Assembly (NCBI GenBank): GCA_043779265.1
Contig: JAYWEM010000081.1
Location: 1-10,048 of the forward strand
Source: a bacterium
GTDB taxonomy: Bacteria > Eisenbacteria > RBG-16-71-46
Length of the DNA: 10,048 bases
Direction: 5' to 3'
Both the position numbers and the translations under genes were made by a program. Below are positions 6,601 through 10,048 of this stretch, piece by piece (within the stretch, counting starts at the first letter, position 1; each line of letters starts with the position of its first letter). Under the pieces are notes generated by a model. The model saw nothing but the letters and a program-made list of their open reading frames with translations, ran no database searches and was not told where the DNA came from.

Positions 6601-7782
6601 TCAGGCGCCGCGAGCCAGCGCGAGCGAGGCCTCATCGCGAACGCTCGACTCGCGATCCGTGGCGGCAGACAGCCGCAGTGCGTCCGCCGCGACCTCGCGC
6701 GCCAGCACGGACTCGGACCTCAAGGTTCCCCGTGCCGCCGAGGCGATCTCACCGAGCGCCCATGCGGCATGCGCGCGGACCACAGCATCCGGGTCACGCT
6801 CGAGCGTTCGCGCGAGCGTCGGTGCCGCCGAGGCGTCGCCCCGATTGCCGAGCGCCACGCATACATTGCGCAGGAATCCCGCACGGCCGGCGCGGCGGAT
6901 CGGGCTGGTCGCGAACAGCGTGCCGAACGTGGCGGCATCGAGCGTCAGGAATCGCTCGAGCGACCAGCCGTCGAGCGACCGCGCCTGCAGCCGCGACTCG
7001 CGCGCAGGGGGCGCGAATCGATTCCACGGGCAGACCTCCTGGCACACGTCGCAGCCGAACACCCAGTCGCCGATGAGCGGCCGCAGCGTGAGCGGGATGG
7101 CGCCTTCATGCTCGATCGTCAGATACGAGATGCAGCGCCTCGCATCGACCTGGAACGGGGCATGGATGGCGCCGGTGGGGCAGAGGTCGATGCAGCGCGA
7201 GCACGTGCCGCAGTGCGCTCCGGGCGCGAGCGCGGGGCCCTCGGTGACATCGGGAGCGAGCGCGCGATCGATCAGCACTTCGCCCAAGAGGAACCACGAG
7301 CCGCGCTCGCGCGAGATGATCCCCGCGTGCTTGCCGGTCCAGCCCAGTCCCGCGCGCTCGGCCCAGGCGCGCTCGAGCAGCGCTCCGGTGTCCGCATAGC
7401 CGAGCGCGGTGCAGCCGGGCAGCAGCGTGCCGCGGATCCAGGCCTCGAGCACGCCAAGTCGTTCGCGCATGATGCGGTGGTAGTCCTCACCCGCGGCGTA
7501 GCGTGCGATGCGTCCGAGCCGTTCATCGCGCGCGGCGTCGCGGTCGGGCTCATGGTGCAGCGCGACGCAGATCACGCTCTGGACGCGCGGCAGGAGTCGC
7601 GAAGGATCGGCGCGACGCTCGCGATGCTCACTCGAGGCGAGCCACTCCATGTCGCCATGATGTCCCGCATCGAGCCACGCCTCGTAGCGGCGGCTCGCCT
7701 CGAGCGGCGCCACGCGAGCGATAGCGACGGCATCGAAGCCGATCTCGAGCGCCTTCGCATGCAGCGTCGCTTCGAGCGTCAT
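6601..7782 (-). CDS. queG: tRNA epoxyqueuosine(34) reductase
   Basis: GHHGDMEWL, IARYAAGEDYH, DTGALLERAWAERAGLGWTGKH and GSWFLLGE. Fe-S motifs CGTCSRCIDLCPTGAI, RRCISYLTIE and GCDVCQEVCPWN; C-terminal HEAT-like repeats. Start set at ATG 7782, 7 nt after the upstream stop. Confidence 0.95.
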   Translation of the reverse strand: MTLEATLHAKALEIGFDAVAIARVAPLEASRRYEAWLDAGHHGDMEWLASSEHRERRADPSRLLPRVQSVICVALHHEPDRDAARDERLGRIARYAAGEDYHRIMRERLGVLEAWIRGTLLPGCTALGYADTGALLERAWAERAGLGWTGKHAGIISRERGSWFLLGEVLIDRALAPDVTEGPALAPGAHCGTCSRCIDLCPTGAIHAPFQVDARRCISYLTIEHEGAIPLTLRPLIGDWVFGCDVCQEVCPWNRFAPPARESRLQARSLDGWSLERFLTLDAATFGTLFATSPIRRAGRAGFLRNVCVALGNRGDASAAPTLARTLERDPDAVVRAHAAWALGEIASAARGTLRSESVLAREVAADALRLSAATDRESSVRDEASLALARGA

Positions 7783-7789
7783 GGCGGGC

Positions 7790-8782
7790 TCAGCGCTGGA
7801 GCGTGTCCGGACTGGCGCTGGGTGCGCGAGCAGGCTTGATGCGTCGGCCAAGGCTCGAATCCGCGGGCGGAGCTCCCGTCGATCGCGGCCCGCCGAGCGG
7901 TGCGACCGCCGGCTTCAATCGCGGCGCGGGAGCGCTCGGTGATGGAGTGCCCACCTCGATGGGCCGCCTCGAGTTCGCCTCGCGCACGCCGGCGTCGAAG
8001 GCAGCGCGCAGTCTCGCCTCGAGTGCGGGGACCTGCGTGCTCGACTCGACCGCGAATCGCCGCGGCTCCTGCTGATCGCGTAGCCGGGCCATGCCGCCCA
8101 TCTTGCGGATGCGTTCGAGCGATGGGCCGAGCACGAGTCGCTTGCCCTCGACGACGACCTCGCCGCCCACCGGCGTCCATGCGCCTGCACTCGGCGGCAG
8201 TTCGCGCGCGAACATCGCCTGCATGCCACCGTTCGCGAGATCGAACTGCTGCGCGCGCGCGAACAGGAAGGGTCCACCCGGGATCTCATCCCAGCCGCGA
8301 TAGCCGTCGGGGGCGAGCGGTGCCCAGCCGATCTCGGCTTCGGTGGCGACCCACGCCACCCATGCCGGTCCCCACACCGCGCCCGGCTGCCACACCCAGC
8401 CTTGATAGCGGTCGTGGAACCACGCGCCGTAGTGATCGGTGATCCAGCCGAACTCGTCCTGGCTGTTCCAGATCCAGCCGTACACGTCCGAGGGCTCCCA
8501 CCAGCCATCACGATAGGGTCGCCAAGCGACGGTGTTCACATCGGGGCGGAACACCCAACCGAAAGGTTCGATCAGCACCCAGTCGCCGGTACCCTCCAGC
8601 GCATCGACGAACGGCCGATGGATGCGAGGCAGCCCGATGCGCGCCGGTTCGCGCTGCGCCGGAGGCGGTACGCTGAAGCCCGTCGCCTGTCCGCCATCGC
8701 GGACGGGAACCGTGCATCCTGCAACCACCAGCAGGGTTGCGGAGACCGCGAGCAGATTTCGCAGGAGTGAACATCGTCGCAT
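7790..8782 (-). CDS. DUF6600-like Trp/Gly-rich putative lipoprotein
   Basis: Signal peptide and lipobox MRRCSLLRNLLAVSATLLVVAG-C. Trp-rich core GDWVLIEPFGWVFRP..WRPYRDGWW..YGWIW..FGWITDHYGAW..GWVWQPGAVWGPAWVAW..IGWAPLAP; Pro-rich tail; GGAG RBS. Confidence 0.8.
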   Translation of the reverse strand: MRRCSLLRNLLAVSATLLVVAGCTVPVRDGGQATGFSVPPPAQREPARIGLPRIHRPFVDALEGTGDWVLIEPFGWVFRPDVNTVAWRPYRDGWWEPSDVYGWIWNSQDEFGWITDHYGAWFHDRYQGWVWQPGAVWGPAWVAWVATEAEIGWAPLAPDGYRGWDEIPGGPFLFARAQQFDLANGGMQAMFARELPPSAGAWTPVGGEVVVEGKRLVLGPSLERIRKMGGMARLRDQQEPRRFAVESSTQVPALEARLRAAFDAGVREANSRRPIEVGTPSPSAPAPRLKPAVAPLGGPRSTGAPPADSSLGRRIKPARAPSASPDTLQR

Positions 8783-8819
8783 GAGGGCTCCAGTTCGGCG
8801 GTTCGGGGGCTTCGCGCGC

Positions 8820-8828
8820 AGCCTATCA
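8820..8828 (-). promoter_or_regulatory. Putative extended -10 promoter (TGA-TAGGCT) for the lipoprotein-queG unit
   Basis: TGn+TAnnnT about 38 nt upstream of ATG 8782, at the edge of an AT-rich divergent intergenic region. Confidence 0.45.
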
Positions 8829-8947
8829 CCCGGTCGAGGGGTTATTCGAATTCTTTGATGTTGCCTGTCGGTGTTCCCCGACCGGATACTTGAGTCACCA
8901 AGGTGACCACCCTGCCGTCTCATCCTTACTCAACCTAGGAGCCGCAC

Positions 8948-9889
8948 ATGACCCTTCGGAACTCACTCCTGACCCTTCTTCTCACTCTGACCCTGGCCGG
9001 CTCGGCTTCGGCCGCAGTCCTCGACTCTCCCGCGGTCGACCTCGATTACTCGAGCCGCACCTCGATCGCACTCGACGTGACCGCCGGTGTCTCGGGCGCG
9101 CCGTCGGGCTTCACGGTCGAGTGGATGGACGCCGGCGTCTTAGACGCACTCGGTGGTGCCTGGCCGGCGGCGTCCGATTCGCGCATCCAGCGAATGGACT
9201 TCGTGGGCACGCCCACGCTCAACATCGAGAACGGGACCTCCAGCTATCGGCTGGGCTCGTTCCAGGTGGCCGGCGTCGAACTCGGCGACTTGTTCGATGA
9301 GACCGGCGTGGTGGGTAACTCCCATGCGGAACTCCTGCCCGGTGTCGAATACGTCGTGCGCGTGCGCGCCAACGGCGGTTCGGGCGATGACGCGAGCCCG
9401 TTCTCGTCGACTCGCCGTGTCACCACGCTCGGCTCCTCGGCCCAGAACTGCACCTACACGCAGGGCTACTGGAAGAACCACGGTGCAGGCGCCTGTCACA
9501 GCGGCAACAACGCGGATGTGTGGCCGGTCGCGAGCCTGACGATCGGTACCGTCAACTACACCGCCGCTGAGCTGTGCGCGATCTTCAATCAGCCGGCGCA
9601 GGGCAACGGTCTGACCTCGATGGCGCATCAGCTCATCGCCGCCAAGTTGAACATCGCCCAGGGTGCCATCGCGCCCGCGGCAGTGGCCCAGGCGATCGCC
9701 GATGCCGACGCACTCATCGGCGGCCTGGTCGCGCCTCCGGTGGGTTCGGGCTATCTCGCGCCGAGCTCGACGAGCGGCCTGACCAACACGCTCGATCAGT
9801 TCAACAACGGCGTCACGGGCCCCGGCCACTGCGGTGCCACGCCGACGGCGCCCTCGACCTGGGGCAATCTCAAGTCGCGCTATCGCTAG
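8948..9889 (+). CDS. Secreted protein: signal peptide, FN3-like domain, TQGYWKNH-motif helical domain, C-terminal TWGxxKxxYR tail
   Basis: Sec signal MTLRNSLLTLLLTLTLAGSASA; FN3-like LLPGVEYVVRVRA..S.FS; CTYTQGYWKNH, MAHQLIAAKLN and LDQFNNG; ends PTAPSTWGNLKSRYR. AGGAG RBS. Confidence 0.85.
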   Translation: MTLRNSLLTLLLTLTLAGSASAAVLDSPAVDLDYSSRTSIALDVTAGVSGAPSGFTVEWMDAGVLDALGGAWPAASDSRIQRMDFVGTPTLNIENGTSSYRLGSFQVAGVELGDLFDETGVVGNSHAELLPGVEYVVRVRANGGSGDDASPFSSTRRVTTLGSSAQNCTYTQGYWKNHGAGACHSGNNADVWPVASLTIGTVNYTAAELCAIFNQPAQGNGLTSMAHQLIAAKLNIAQGAIAPAAVAQAIADADALIGGLVAPPVGSGYLAPSSTSGLTNTLDQFNNGVTGPGHCGATPTAPSTWGNLKSRYR

Positions 9890-9908
9890 ACGCAGCTCCT
9901 GCAACGAG

Positions 9909-9946
9909 AGACGGCCGCCTCGGCTCCCCGGGGCGGCCGTCTTCTT
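9909..9946 (+). terminator. Intrinsic terminator, also the target of the downstream group IIC intron
   Basis: 15-bp stem AGACGGCCGCCTCGG (9909-9923) / CCGGGGCGGCCGTCT (9928-9942) with one G-U pair and a 4-nt loop, followed by TCTT. Confidence 0.8.
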
Positions 9947-9947
9947 G

Positions 9948-10048
9948 GTACGCCCAGCATGGGCGCTGACTTGGAGGTGGAAGTCCTCCGAGAACTTGGT
10001 CACAGGGACTCAAGGGAACCGCAAGGGCGCAACCGCGAGGGAGCGTCC
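9948..10048 (+). mobile_element. 5' end (domain I) of a class IIC group II intron, running off the window
   Basis: Begins GTACGCCCAGCATGGGCG (IIC-type GUGCGCCCGGCAUGGG start), then stem CTTGGAGG-TGGAAGT-CCTCCGAG and GNRA hairpins CC-GCAA-GG and CC-GCGA-GG. It starts 5 nt after a terminator stem, the known IIC target-site rule. Confidence 0.8.

Noticed and set aside
7783..7851. Upstream queG start at 7851; likewise the 8923 start for the lipoprotein
   Set aside because: 7851 overlaps the upstream gene. ATG 7782 matches QueG N-termini, and ATG 8782 gives a proper signal peptide, lipobox and RBS.
1..10048. CRISPR array, tRNA/rRNA, transposase or defence genes
   Set aside because: I saw no regularly spaced direct repeats, RNA-gene signatures or matching protein motifs. 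The 'Abi' label of the CPBP family does not imply phage defence.

Overview
A high-GC (roughly 70% by eye) bacterial window of mostly housekeeping genes. In order it holds a 5'-truncated DinB-family gene, then a redox/stress neighbourhood (AhpD/CMD-like peroxidase-related protein, an unknown membrane-anchored CxCGC-x6-C-x6-C protein, Fe/Mn superoxide dismutase, BCP peroxiredoxin, stand-alone LON substrate-binding domain protein). After that come an MBL-fold hydrolase, a CPBP/Abi intramembrane protease, moaD-moaE, queG preceded by a DUF6600-like lipoprotein, and a secreted protein ending in TWGxxKxxYR. I associate that tail with Ca. Eisenbacteria/Krumholzibacteria/Latescibacteria-type genomes; this is an inference. 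Four non-obvious signals stand out: (1) the last ~100 nt are the 5' end of a class IIC group II intron inserted right behind an intrinsic terminator; (2) an unannotated ~100-nt rod-like structured RNA candidate lies on the minus strand at ~3702-3817 with its own promoter-like motif; (3) the TWG..K..YR tail is a candidate C-terminal sorting signal; (4) several genes appear leaderless.
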